A DNA stretch of 63,079 nt, filler included, from Bigelowiella natans CCMP2755 (taxonomy: Eukaryota; Protista; Cercozoa), in assembly GCA_000320545.1 (NCBI GenBank). It is 8 parts of 8 records of this genome, joined end to end, with 100 filler letters (N's around TTAATTAATTAA, not from the genome) between each part and the next. Parts side by side here need not be neighbours in the genome. Positions count along the whole stretch, not along the records: positions 1 to 11,701 come from ADNK01000024.1; positions 11,802 to 16,278 come from ADNK01003550.1; 6 more parts are not named here. One strand, written 5' to 3'. Of this stretch, positions 1-14,679 are shown piece after piece. The position numbers and the translations under genes were made by a program. A model generated the notes under the pieces. It saw only the letters and a list, made by a program, of their open reading frames with translations. It was not told where the DNA came from and did not search any database. Numbering within the stretch: the first letter of the stretch is position 1; each line of letters starts with the position of its first letter.

Positions 1-3471
<3,471 letters not shown>

Positions 3472-3639
3472 GATGAGGAATATGATTATGATGCCATCAG
3501 TCGAAAAGGAGTCGCACCAGAATGAATCATCCCGCACAAAAAAAGTGGGGGGGGGGAATGCATCTCAATGAGAAATGGTAATCTTGCTGGCTAATACAGG
3601 TCGAGTCAAGCTACTGTACGTCATATTTATATACTGTAG

Positions 3640-4580
3640 CTAGGCAAATAGATCGATCGGCCTGCCTGCTATTTTTGATGCGCCGCCACAATGGTTAAGC
3701 ACTACTGACGAGATTTAGACGCCCGGATGCAGTGAATTGTGCACTCTGAACAAAGCTACTTTTGCATTGTTCGTTCATACCACGCTGTCCGCATTCAAAG
3801 ATTGCATCTAGACAGGCACACACGTACACACGCTAGCACGTCTGGACGTACGTACACACACACGTACACACACACACACACCTGACACACACACACACAC
3901 CTAGACACATCTAGACACATCTAGACACGCTAGCACGCTCTAGACGCTGTGTAGACGCCTAGGCGCGTCAGATTGCATGCTAGCATGTGTGCCAACGTTG
4001 ACATCATGTTGTGCGCGTCTAGATGTGCGGCGCAAGAACATTCAAGCAAGGTCGTTGTCATGGCCTCACCTATCTAGCTATCTAGCCATGCTAGCTGATC
4101 GATCTAGCTAGCTAGCTAGCTACATGCAAGCTAGCAACACAAACTTCTAGCATCATGTTGAACAAACATTTCATTTTGATGTAAGCGCATGCCATGGCGC
4201 TGTGGCATGGCATGTTGTTTGAGTGTCAGATGTTTCTCGCACTTGCTAGATCGATGCATGCTAGCATGCTAGCATGAGCATGTGTGTGTCTAGATGTAAC
4301 AGCACACGCACAAGCAGAGCTAGAGAGATGTTCATTGAGAATGCAAGTGATTATTTGTGATCACAGGTGCGCGTCGCCTCTAGCTAGCTAGTGTTAGCAT
4401 AGGCCCCGCGAAGAAAACGAAAAGGGAAAATCATTGGTTTTACTTTTTTATTTCGATGTCCAGATGTGTAAACTGTGCATAGCTAGATAGTCGTACGACG
4501 ACACAGTCTAGTAGAAATGCAATGCACTGGCTGCTACACAACACAGGTAACCAGCTGTATGGATAATGTAGTCGTCTCTA
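3640..4580. repeat. CTAG/TG/CA-rich intergenic island (island 1)
   Basis: Dense GCTAGC and CATCTAGACA motifs, including tandem ctagacacat units at about 3901-3930. Over much of the tract TpA occurs mostly inside CTA/TAG. Confidence 0.75.
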
Positions 4581-4614
4581 GCCGCATCATGACATTCTGT
4601 CACAAGTTGCGATG

Positions 4615-6064
4615 CTATTCCACCAAATTAGGCCGCGCAAATGTCCTCATGCGTTTAAGCAACTCAGCTTTTCTCTTCAATTCTTCAGTTCGCTCCTTAC
4701 GTCTAAGACGAACGGCTTCTCTAACAAAACCGTTGTTGCGTTTCTGGATCCTTCCTCTCAGGCTTTCATTTCTCTGCTCCATCCATTGGTTATATTCAAA
4801 ATAGCCACGATCCCCTGTGGAATCCCTCATTCCTCGTACTGTAATTTGGGTACAATTTTTGTTCACCATTCATAACAATCTCAAATAATTTCTCTTCCGA
4901 TTATTGTTAGAATATGTTTACCAGAAGGCATAAATAAATACAGTAAGACTAATTATGAAATAAAATTGAATGATTTAATTCAATATCGATGATTAGAAAT
5001 AAAAAGAACTTACAAAAAAAATCCATAAATTGTGAAAGAATTGTTTTGTATCTTCACATTATAATACACTATTTATTAATAACTTTTATAACCAAATAAA
5101 TTGTAAATTAATTGATATAGTGATAGCGCACCTGTCTCTAACTTCATTTCCTCGTGATTTCGACTTACTTGGACCGGTCTTCGCTGATTGACTTCATCGA
5201 CTCTCTCCATGCACCTCTTCTTAAGAGCTGCTGTGAGATCCCAACGGCGTTGTCTTGAAACCCTCTTCATCAAAGCATGGTTCCTCTTTCTTGTCCATTC
5301 TTCATGCTCGTTTATGCCCCAGACATCGTTCGTATCCTTCTTTCCGTGTTCTGAAGAAATTGCGCCAATGGATCTCTCGTTGAGGGGTGTTTTTTTCCAC
5401 GTTAGATGATGGATAGCCACATCAAGCTATGTGTACAGCTACCTTCCCTGAACGGGCGGTGATTCAAAATGTGATCATGCTACCTTCCTCGAACATCAAT
5501 TCGTCATAAGTAAATCCAAAAGACGTGCACTTCTGCTCGTTGCATACTTCGGTGCTTTCGTTGCCACGTCTTCCATTCGCCTTCGACTTTCACAAGATTG
5601 GGGAATTTAAACCTCTTGGTAAGAAAGAAACGAGGCAACGAAACACGAAAGGAAATATATCCGATGGATGACCTCTTGTTCCCTTCTTTGGACCTCTTGT
5701 CCCCTTCTTTGGAAAGTATCGGCAAGCTCCATCGCTTTCCAGCGAAGCTCAGGCGCAGAATTTAACTTAAATTGAGACATTTTACCCTTACTGTTGTCTA
5801 TTGCGTCCCCCTTTGCTTGAGCTCAAGGGAAGGGGCTTCTCTACGTTTTGGCCCTTTTGTTTTCTTTCCGAGGAGGAGGAGGAGGCACGGTTTGCTCTGC
5901 TGCGCCAGCCCCTTTTCTTCAAATTTCGCCACAAATCGGAAAAATATCACTAAAATGGCCAAGAATTCAGTACATTTCACAAGGGGACTGTCGGAAATTC
6001 GAGGCATGTTTTGTAACAAGTCCTTCCAATTTCTGCGAGTGTGTGTGAGCATCCGACAATTCAT
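4615..6064 (-). CDS. Hypothetical multi-exon basic/charged protein
   Basis: Several same-strand ORFs (4615-4869, 5076-5420, 5798-6064) are separated by AT-rich intron-like stretches with GT-AG ends. No recognisable motif. Confidence 0.3.
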
Positions 6065-6402
6065 GAAGAAACGAAGGGCCTTCTTGTTGACTTAACACCG
6101 CTACGAGATGAAAAGTGGAGAAATTGCGACGACAATGTGGCCTGATTTGTGTTGTTCTTTTTGTAAGTACCGGGTAATGACATGCGAAGCTACTTGCACT
6201 TGCTAGCTTGGATGCATGAAAGCACACATGCCAGAATGGATTCCTTCGATCCCCATTGAGTTGATGAACATCTCATCCACTCTCCAAACCACTCTTTTTT
6301 GACTGTCCGCATTTGTCCAATCGGGTAGTTTTTCTCTAGGACATGGAATCTCAATGTTGACCTGAACCTCAACACGACAAAACAGCAGATTCCAACCTGA
6401 CG

Positions 6403-6651
6403 ATGCAAGTGTTTGCGTGAAGATCGATGCTTGTTTGTGTTGGGCGCACCGGCACTCTCGATGTGAATGCGAGCGACAGCGTTGTCACAGTGAAGCAGAA
6501 AATGCAGGATGAAGAGGGCATGGCCCCTGATCAACAAAGACTTGTGTTTGCTGGGAAGGAAGTGCAGGGCGGCAGGACCCTTGCTGGCTTGACAGCTGGA
6601 CAATGAACAATGAACAATGATGATGAACTGCACTTCCAAAGTGTTGCAAGA
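6403..6651 (+). pseudogene. Degenerate ubiquitin-like sequence with in-frame stops
   Basis: Reads [61 protein letters not shown], which aligns with ubiquitin [54 protein letters not shown]. TGA stops at 6418 and 6604. Missed by the ORF track. Confidence 0.8.
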
Positions 6652-6949
6652 CCTTTGCAGTGTTCGAAATGCAGTGCCTCGAACTGGCTTCAGTGAGGAC
6701 TGTGACCAGCAAATCAACTGGCTGGTTTTTCAAGTTGGCGTGATTTGGTCATTGTGTTGCAATGACACTGGCGGCAAAACACTGACGGCGCAAGACCTCC
6801 ACTCTGAGCAAAAACTTCCTGAAGGTCATGTCCACATGACGATCTACGTTTGGATCATCCGAGGGGGCCCCCAGCAAAACTTTGGTTTTGGCAGAGTCAG
6901 GAGCATCAAAGAACGAAGAGCAAAAGGAAGAACCTGGGCCCAGCTAGCC

Positions 6950-7280
6950 AGAGCCAATCTCATGCGCGAGAGAAGTTTGTTTCTCTCTGCATTCAAGTGA
7001 GTGCAATGATGGATGAGGTGGTTGACAGTTTGAACAACCTCAGCATTGCAAAGAGGACAAACTGAGGAAGAGGGGGGCAAATTGTGAACTTTGGCCCTGC
7101 GTTCTTCAGTTTCGCAAGTCCCGCAGCGCGGAGCTGGAGTTTGAGCAACACTCCTGAATTGTCATGCCAATCATCGAGGCAACTCTCAAACAATCTGGAA
7201 GCTGGCCTTCCAATGTGGCTCTTCGCCCAGGCTCTGAGTTTGCAGATTGGGGTGTCGGGTTTGACAGGCGACCACAACAT
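6950..7280 (-). mobile_element. Relic of a non-LTR retrotransposon 3' end (C-terminal CCHC zinc knuckle, zf-RVT-like)
   Basis: CPLCNAEVVQTVNHLIHHCTHLNAERNKL matches the C-x2-C-x8-H-x4-C...R pattern found after LINE reverse transcriptases. It is preceded, with a frameshift, by GVLLKLQLRAAGL. Confidence 0.55.
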
Positions 7281-8196
7281 CGAGCACGCAGCAACCTAGC
7301 AATCCATGACAGACATTGCAACATTGTGCACACGTCACACACACCACCTAGTCATGCTGTGTTGCTTTGTTTGCAATGCCAGAATGTCCTGCTGGCCAGC
7401 TCCAGACGAGCTGGACTAGCAATTTGTTGAAGGTGCAATGTGCAGCAATGGCTTCCTGCCAAAGCAGACTAGCAGAGAGCAGCCAGCTGTGCCCAGCAGC
7501 AAGCCAGTGTGGCACAAAATTTTCGCCTTGATCATCGACACGCTGCACCACTCGAGCTCACATTCTGGCATCACGTGTGGGTGAGCACATGCATTCGATT
7601 CATTGTGAACAAACTTGTGGTGCCATGCCACAAAAGAGCACAGCATGTAGCTTCTGATTGGCATCGTCAACAGATGCATGCTAGCATGGTCATCGAGCCA
7701 TGATGACAACATGTGCACTTTTCAATTCATGCTGCACAGCACATTGGATCATCACTGTTCAATGATAGACACAGTGATAGCACACATAGTACACACATGA
7801 TATTACATGTCTACAATGAGTATCCCCTTCTTCTTCGACAAATGTTCACATTGTCTATGTGATATTACATGTCTACAATTTTAAAATGATACTTAATGGC
7901 TGACAAATGGAAAAAACGACGCATGATGATGATGATCGTTAACCTCCCACTAATCCTTCGAGATTCCAAAGTATATCGATATACCGATAAGTGCGCCTAG
8001 TAGAAAAGCCAGAGCAAATCAGACGGGTTTCAATGTGTGATTGTGGTTAGTCACGGTGCACAGATATGCACTTTCTGTTCGTCAGGTGTTTCAGAACAAT
8101 CAGAGGATCGTTTGTCCTTTATAGTCTCATCTCCCCAAGCACCCCCCCCCCCCCTCCCTATCACGCAACGTGTGCCATTAATAAGTCTTCGAATTA

Positions 8197-8519
8197 CCTC
8201 CTAATCCGACCATGAGAGACATCTCTTTGGCGACCTGAAAGGAAAAAGAACGGGAAAAAGAAATGAGGAAAGGAAAGGGAAATCTTGATGACGAAGGGCA
8301 AAAGCACACAGTGTTGATGAGTCACGATGATATCACCCCTTTGCCATTCGTGAGTAAGAATACCTGCCAAAGCGTTTTCCTCTCTGGCTCGGGCTTGGTC
8401 TGCATCGCCTGTTGTTAGGTTACATGAAGGGGGGGGAGGAGTACACATGGCGTTGATACATAAATCATCACGTACGAATTAGAGGAACAACAAAATGAAG
8501 AGAAAGAGAGAGCGAATGT

Positions 8520-8557
<38 letters not shown>

Positions 8558-9096
8558 TTACATCTGGGGTTTCCAATAATGGGTAAACATAAAGACACGC
8601 ATCACACACACACACACTCTAATTTATGCTACGACTACTACTTGAACATATATTCTTAGGTGGACGTACCGAGTCAAAATGGTCAGGAACAGGGCCTTCG
8701 AACCTTCGAAACCTACTCGTGACAATAATGACGACGACGACGGCAGCGTAAGCAAACTTCTTCCTAAAGTCTCTCCCTCTTTTTTTCTTTTGTTCTCCGT
8801 TGGGCTTTTTGCTCAATCAATCAAAGAACAGATAGAGCTGAAAGAACCGATGAGAGCGAGTCTAGTCGTAGTACATGGATGCTACGATAATACGGCAATT
8901 GGCAGCAATGCCGTCGTCATCGTCGTGGTCGTGGTCATTGTCGTAGGAAATGGAGAAAATACGCACGAGATACTACTAATCTATTTGATCAAATGTCCAC
9001 CCTGTGTTGTGAAGGTGCTCGTTCTCGAGTCGGAAGCAACCCCACCTACCATGATTACAGGTATGCATGGATGGACCATGATGACGTACAATTAAC

Positions 9097-9142
<46 letters not shown>

Positions 9143-9434
9143 TAATCCCGTACCAACGCCAAAACTGTGAAAGAACACAAATACCGAATAGATTAACATG
9201 GTAGTTCAATCGCCACCACCACCATCACCATCACCATTATTAATATCATCGTCATCATCGTCATCATCATCGTCATCATCGTCATCATCATCGTCGTCGT
9301 TGTTGTTGTTATTGTTTGCACTACATGGCACGTCTGCAGAGCTCAATCGCAGCGAGGAAGGGAGTCACCAAATCCTAGGAAGAATGAATAAACACACACA
9401 CACACACACACACACATATAAATAAAACAAATAG

Positions 9435-9471
<37 letters not shown>

Positions 9472-9978
9472 CACAGCACACATTTTAGCTGCATAAAGAA
9501 ATCATTTCTAGTACCTACATATCCACCGACATGCCCACGCATATCACGTACATAATAATACACAATCTTACTACAACTACTAATACGCCTACCGGAAATA
9601 GCGGGATGGGGTTATCATTCCGAGGCATCAAGGTAATCACCCACATGAAGCGCCCAATCTTTCAATAACAACAACAACAACAACAACAACAACATCAAGA
9701 GGGCAACAACGCACGGTGATACAGTATCATAAGCTACAATAATAACAATAACAATAATAATAATAATAATAATAATAATAGAAGAAGAAATCGGATGGAT
9801 ATCTAGTATAAATAGTAGTGGTTCATCTCTTGTTGAAAACATGATCTACACCGTCTAGTTTATCCCAGCCACAACAGGCGACACCGCCGACGACATGCAT
9901 CTTTATTTTTTTTTAAAAAGAATCTCCCAATCAAGAGATAAGAGTACGCAGTAGCTGTTGTTGTCGTCGTTGTTGTCG

Positions 9979-10012
<34 letters not shown>

Positions 10013-10074
10013 GATCACGGACCAGGTCCACTAGAATGACTGTGTAGTATATCCACCGATTACCGAACATCAAC

Positions 10075-10111
<37 letters not shown>

Positions 10112-10611
10112 GTGATGACAAAATACAGAGAGGCAGGATCATAGTGGAGGGCTGACGTCACGCACAATATGTCGTCTCTTTCCTCACACTACTACTACTA
10201 CTAGTAGTAGTACTATAAACCGAGTTGTTTCAACGAGCACAGGAATTCTACAAACAAACAACAAACGAACGGAGTGGCTCCGACCTCTCCCGCAGTCCTC
10301 CGTGGGCTGGAATTGACGACGATGATGACGATTGGCGACGACGATGATGATGTTAGACCCCCCCGGAATGGCGAGTGAGATGAACAGAGAAGATCGTTAG
10401 AGGAGGGGGGGAGAGGAGAAAATGGTGTGAATGAATACTTGAGCAATGAAAATGGTGAGAATACTTAAGCAATGAGAGATACCAATTACGGGCTATTCTG
10501 TGATGAGAAAGGAAAAAGGCGCCGGCAACGCTACTGTCTTCGAGCTGTTGTGAGCGGTTTACGATGATTGATCGATCAACAGCACTACAGAGCAGTAGCA
10601 TTGTTGCACAT

Positions 10612-10648
<37 letters not shown>

Positions 10649-11672
10649 CTGCCAAACATCGAGGAGCCTCGCTCGCTCGTCGGGAGACACAAAGCTCATC
10701 GATGTTTCACTGCGGATCTCCCCTCAAACTCTTCTAATAAATTCTCGTCGTCGTATATTGGATGGTTGGGTTGATCACATTTTCGAGCTAGACCCCAGTC
10801 CATCGTGATGTCCCAGACGTACCTGCGAGGCGGGGAAAGCAAAATGAGCAAAAGGGGGGGGGAGGTGTACTACTAGCATGTCCCTCGTCGTTATTTTGCC
10901 GTGTTGTCTGTTGTTGCCAAACAACTTACGAGTATATTGTCGCGATGCAGGTGAAGAGGATGTAGAAGGCCGTGTAAGGTGCTGGATCTTTTCGCACCTT
11001 GTTAGCAGGGAAAGGACAGTGGGGAGAGTTGGCTACAAACGACGGAGAGAGATAGACATGCTAATAGTACCACCGATAATGACGATCATTGCTGTCAGTG
11101 TATCATACGCCGCCCTCTGCAGCACTCTCCCTTCTCTCTTTGTTGTAGATAGAATGTTTGCTTCTCTCTCTCTCTCTCTCTCCCTCTCTCCCTCTCTCTC
11201 CTTGAGACCAAAGTGATCATTGCACAAATACCTCAGAAGCAGCATGGAGAGTCGAGAAAAGCGAGACGGCCATAGAGACCACGTACCTATACGATGACAG
11301 CGCACAAAACGTTACTGGCGGTCATAATGATTGATGACGATAAGGTTATAATTGCGACACTATCAGCTGTATGTACTCGGTTAGGCGCTCTGTTGTGGTG
11401 ATAGACTTGTGTGAATAGCAAGTGATATCAAAACGAGGACCGAGAAGATGAGAAGAAACATTTGCAAGTGGGGGCATAAGGTCATGTAGTAGTGGTGGTA
11501 GTAGCAGTAGTAGCAGTTGTAGTAGAAGCAGAAGTAGTAGGAAGGGAGAACGACCACCACGGATGTGACCACAGAAAAAAAACAACCAACGCAACACTCT
11601 CCTCCTCGAGGTGAGCACTCCCACTACTACTTCATCGCATTTGCAAGAAACGGGAAGGGCCGGACAGTCCTC
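8197..11672 (-). CDS. EXS-domain membrane protein (PHO1/SYG1/XPR1/ERD1 family), multi-exon, 5' end probably in the gap
   Basis: Exons give YVVSMAVSLFSTLH / FYILFTCIATIYS|YVWDITMDWGL / LMFGNRWIYYTVILVDL|IGRFMW / FLAAIELCRRAM|WGCFRLENEHLHNT / FRRFEGPVPDHF. WDxxMDWGL and RLENEHL are EXS hallmarks. Confidence 0.85.
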
Positions 11673-11701
11673 CTGCAAAATCAAGTGTAAATAAATAGAA
11701 T

Positions 11702-11801
11702 NNNNNNNNNNNNNNNNNNNNNNNNNNNNNNNNNNNNNNNNNNNNTTAATTAATTAANNNNNNNNNNNNNNNNNNNNNNNNNNNNNNNNNNNNNNNNNNN
11801 N
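11702..11801. other. Assembly gap with artificial six-frame-stop spacer (also 16279-16378, 21417-21516, 48420-48519, 50855-50954, 52261-52360, 56722-56821)
   Basis: Identical N44-TTAATTAATTAA-N44 structure occurs seven times. Confidence 0.97.
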
Positions 11802-11859
11802 ACCCGAAGAGACCTCTTGCATGAAAGAGGCCTCTGTCTTGTTGATTCTTTCGACTTAC

Positions 11860-12008
11860 CGCCTCTTTACGGAAGCATGTGCTTGTCCCGGCGTAAAACA
11901 TGGGATTGCCTTTGAGCTCCTGTGGTTGTAGTGGTACAGTGGTAAGGTAGTATGCTCAGCCGCGCGCGCGCTTAAATCCGCGCAGCAGGCTCAAGTAGCT
12001 ATTTCTGT

Positions 12009-12044
<36 letters not shown>

Positions 12045-12423
12045 GTAATAGTAATAATACTGCTGATGATAGTTGATGGCGCGCCGCACCTTGTCATTGA
12101 GCCATTCATCAGCGTGGTAGAGGCAAATAGGCTGCTCGGATGTCGCTATCAAATACCTGCATTGTCATCGTCGCCATCATCATCCTCATCGTTCATCATA
12201 AGTGTTATTGTTGTTACATGGAGGAGGAGGAGGAAGAGGAGGAGGAGGAGGAGGAGGGTGGAGGGGGGAGGGGTAAGGGGGGGTGGGGGGTTATCTATTA
12301 CTTGCTATCAGTCGCATTCCCCGTCTCGACGTGGTAGAGCGTTTCGTTGTAATCTTCCAGCTCTGCTACAAGCCCCATCTTCTGCTTGTCCATGAAGTAC
12401 GGCGTCTGCAGTAACGTGTACCT

Positions 12424-12471
<48 letters not shown>

Positions 12472-12812
12472 TGTGTGTGCGCGCGTGTGTGTAATTTGCA
12501 GTCGTTCCGACGAAAACGTACCCCTTCTCTGCAAGGAAACTCTGTGCATATGTCTGGAGAGCGAAGTTCAGGGCTACACCCTACAAATGGTGATCATGAT
12601 GATGATGGGAATGATGATGACGACGCTGACTATAATGCGGTGCTACGATGTAGGTATGAGTCATCACAATCGAGAATAGTAACAGCTTCTTCTCCACGCC
12701 GTCGTCATCGTCGTTGTTGTTGTTGGTATTGAATGCTGTGGTTATTACCGGGCCTTTGAGGAAATACGCACGATGTCCAGCAACGCGCGCTCCCTGTACA
12801 TATATTTAAATA

Positions 12813-12854
<42 letters not shown>

Positions 12855-13013
12855 AATATTACTTTGCGTATTGTGTGTAACTAATTACCCTCTCAGGATC
12901 GTAGCCATCGATGCGAGAAAGCAGCTCATGATGGTGAAGGAGGCCTCCTTCTTTGCCTCCCCTGCAATGTGCCGTCGTCACACACCCATATGCACAGCAT
13001 TATATGCATAATG

Positions 13014-13052
<39 letters not shown>

Positions 13053-13983
13053 TACAAGTCCTCCTACCCGGGAGCTGCCTTCGTGTCGTTACTTCCATAT
13101 CCCCTTTTCCCTTCGAGCCCCCATGTCCTTTCAATCTATCGATTGATGGCCAAGCAGCAGCACGATTACAATGGGTTGACGAGTGAGCCGTAACTCACGG
13201 ATGGATGCAGATATGCAGATGGATGCAAAGATGATATTCGAGGGGGGAGGGAGGAGGGGGGAGGGGGGGGGGGGTTAGGTTGGCTAGGTGAAGCATGATG
13301 ATCATCATCACCTTGTTAAATTTGTCCTCATCGTCGCCAACAGGTACAGTATCGTGGACATAGTTACCGACCTTATGAAGCTAACAAATGCACGCATCAG
13401 CAGCAGCAGCAGCACATCCCAGAGCGCGTGTGTGCATGTGTGTGTGTGTGAGTGAGTGAGTGAGTGTGTGTGTGTGTGTGAAGTGTTTAAATAAATACTA
13501 TATCATGTTATAATATCATGATTTCCATCATGCAAGACGCCAACCAATCAATTAAAGATGTGCGTGTGTGCAGGGGGAGGGAGGGGGAGGAGAAGGGTAA
13601 GGGGTTGTCGGAAAAAGGTGCTTGTATGCAATGACTATTAGACAGCACCAGCTCATCCCTCTCCTTTGCCGCATTCGTCTGTGTCTGCTTCATCGCGGCA
13701 ATCTTAAGCAGAAAGAGGAGGAGTAGGAGGAGACACAAAAGGTTTCCGCGAAAGTGAGTAAAGATGCGGGGTGAAATATGAAGTAGTGCGCATGTTGCGG
13801 AATGGACACCGAACATGTGTTTGTTTGCAGCTTTGGACACTACCTCGGCATTCTTCGCCTGCATCTTAGCAGCGATTTCATCTTTTAGCTAACAAACATC
13901 AAGGAGCAGTTGCATTAAGGTTGCCCATACAATGAGGTACCGATCAACATTTCATCTCCAGGCTTAATGGCGAGAGGGAGAGT

Positions 13984-14016
<33 letters not shown>

Positions 14017-14679
14017 CACGGGGGGGCGGGGCACGCCACAATGGAATGAGAAACCAATAAACCATTTTCACCGTTAATCACCCTACACTAACCTTTTTGG
14101 CCTCTTCCTTTTTGCCTTCCTTCATGAGCTTGCCGATCTAAATCGAAAGCCGCAAGCATCAGCATATATTCAATAACTCGAGCAGCCATACATGTGTTCA
14201 ACGAGCGTCGTCATTTCGTAGTTATGGCATGTTTCATCTCCATTTCTGATACGCTTAGATACACCATCCCACACCCCAAAATAGTTTACTTTATCCGATT
14301 CGACGATCTTGTGGTGGGTGCGGATATCTGCGTGTTGATGGGTGTGCGCACGCACGTGCTACCTGTTTTCCGCTCTTGGAGAGGGTGTTTCTCTCGCGAT
14401 TTAACAGGTCTATCTTGCCGGTAAGACCTCGCCACGTTTCATCGAGCTCAATAATCTTTTCGACGAGCTTCGGATCGTTTCCACGCCGCTTTTCAGATTC
14501 AATGATCTAAAGGCAGCGAAGAATTAGCGATTTGTTTGGTGCGCAAGTGGTTGTTGTTGGGGGTGAGAATGGAAGAGGCGGCGCGGGGTAGGAGCGCGCA
14601 AATCATTAGAAGTTTCAATCCGCACCTTATCAGGGTCTCCGCCCTTAAACTTGCGAAAATCGTCGAGATCGAGGACCAT
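11860..14679 (-). CDS. SARS: Cytosolic-type seryl-tRNA synthetase, about 12 visible exons, 3' part missing at the gap
   Basis: MVLDLDDFRKFKGGDPDK|IIESEKRRGNDPKLVEKIIELDETWR, then LHKVGNYVHDTVPV, GARVAGHRAYFLKGP, YTLLQTPYFM, YLIATSEQPI and YAGTSTCFRKEA (class II motif 2). Confidence 0.93.

Noticed and set aside
5670-5711. 21-bp tandem duplication GACCTCTTGT[T/C]CCCTTCTTTG
   Set aside because: Two copies only, an ordinary local duplication.
6180-7760. Classical RIP or plain CpG decay
   Set aside because: RIP increases TpA, which here is nearly absent. CpG dinucleotides are still present.
11746-11757. Recurring palindrome TTAATTAATTAA
   Set aside because: Always centred in N runs. It is an artificial six-frame-stop scaffold spacer.
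8197-14679. SerRS-EXS fusion gene
   Set aside because: The junction falls exactly in an assembly gap and SerRS motif 3 is absent. Two genes with missing sequence is the simpler reading.
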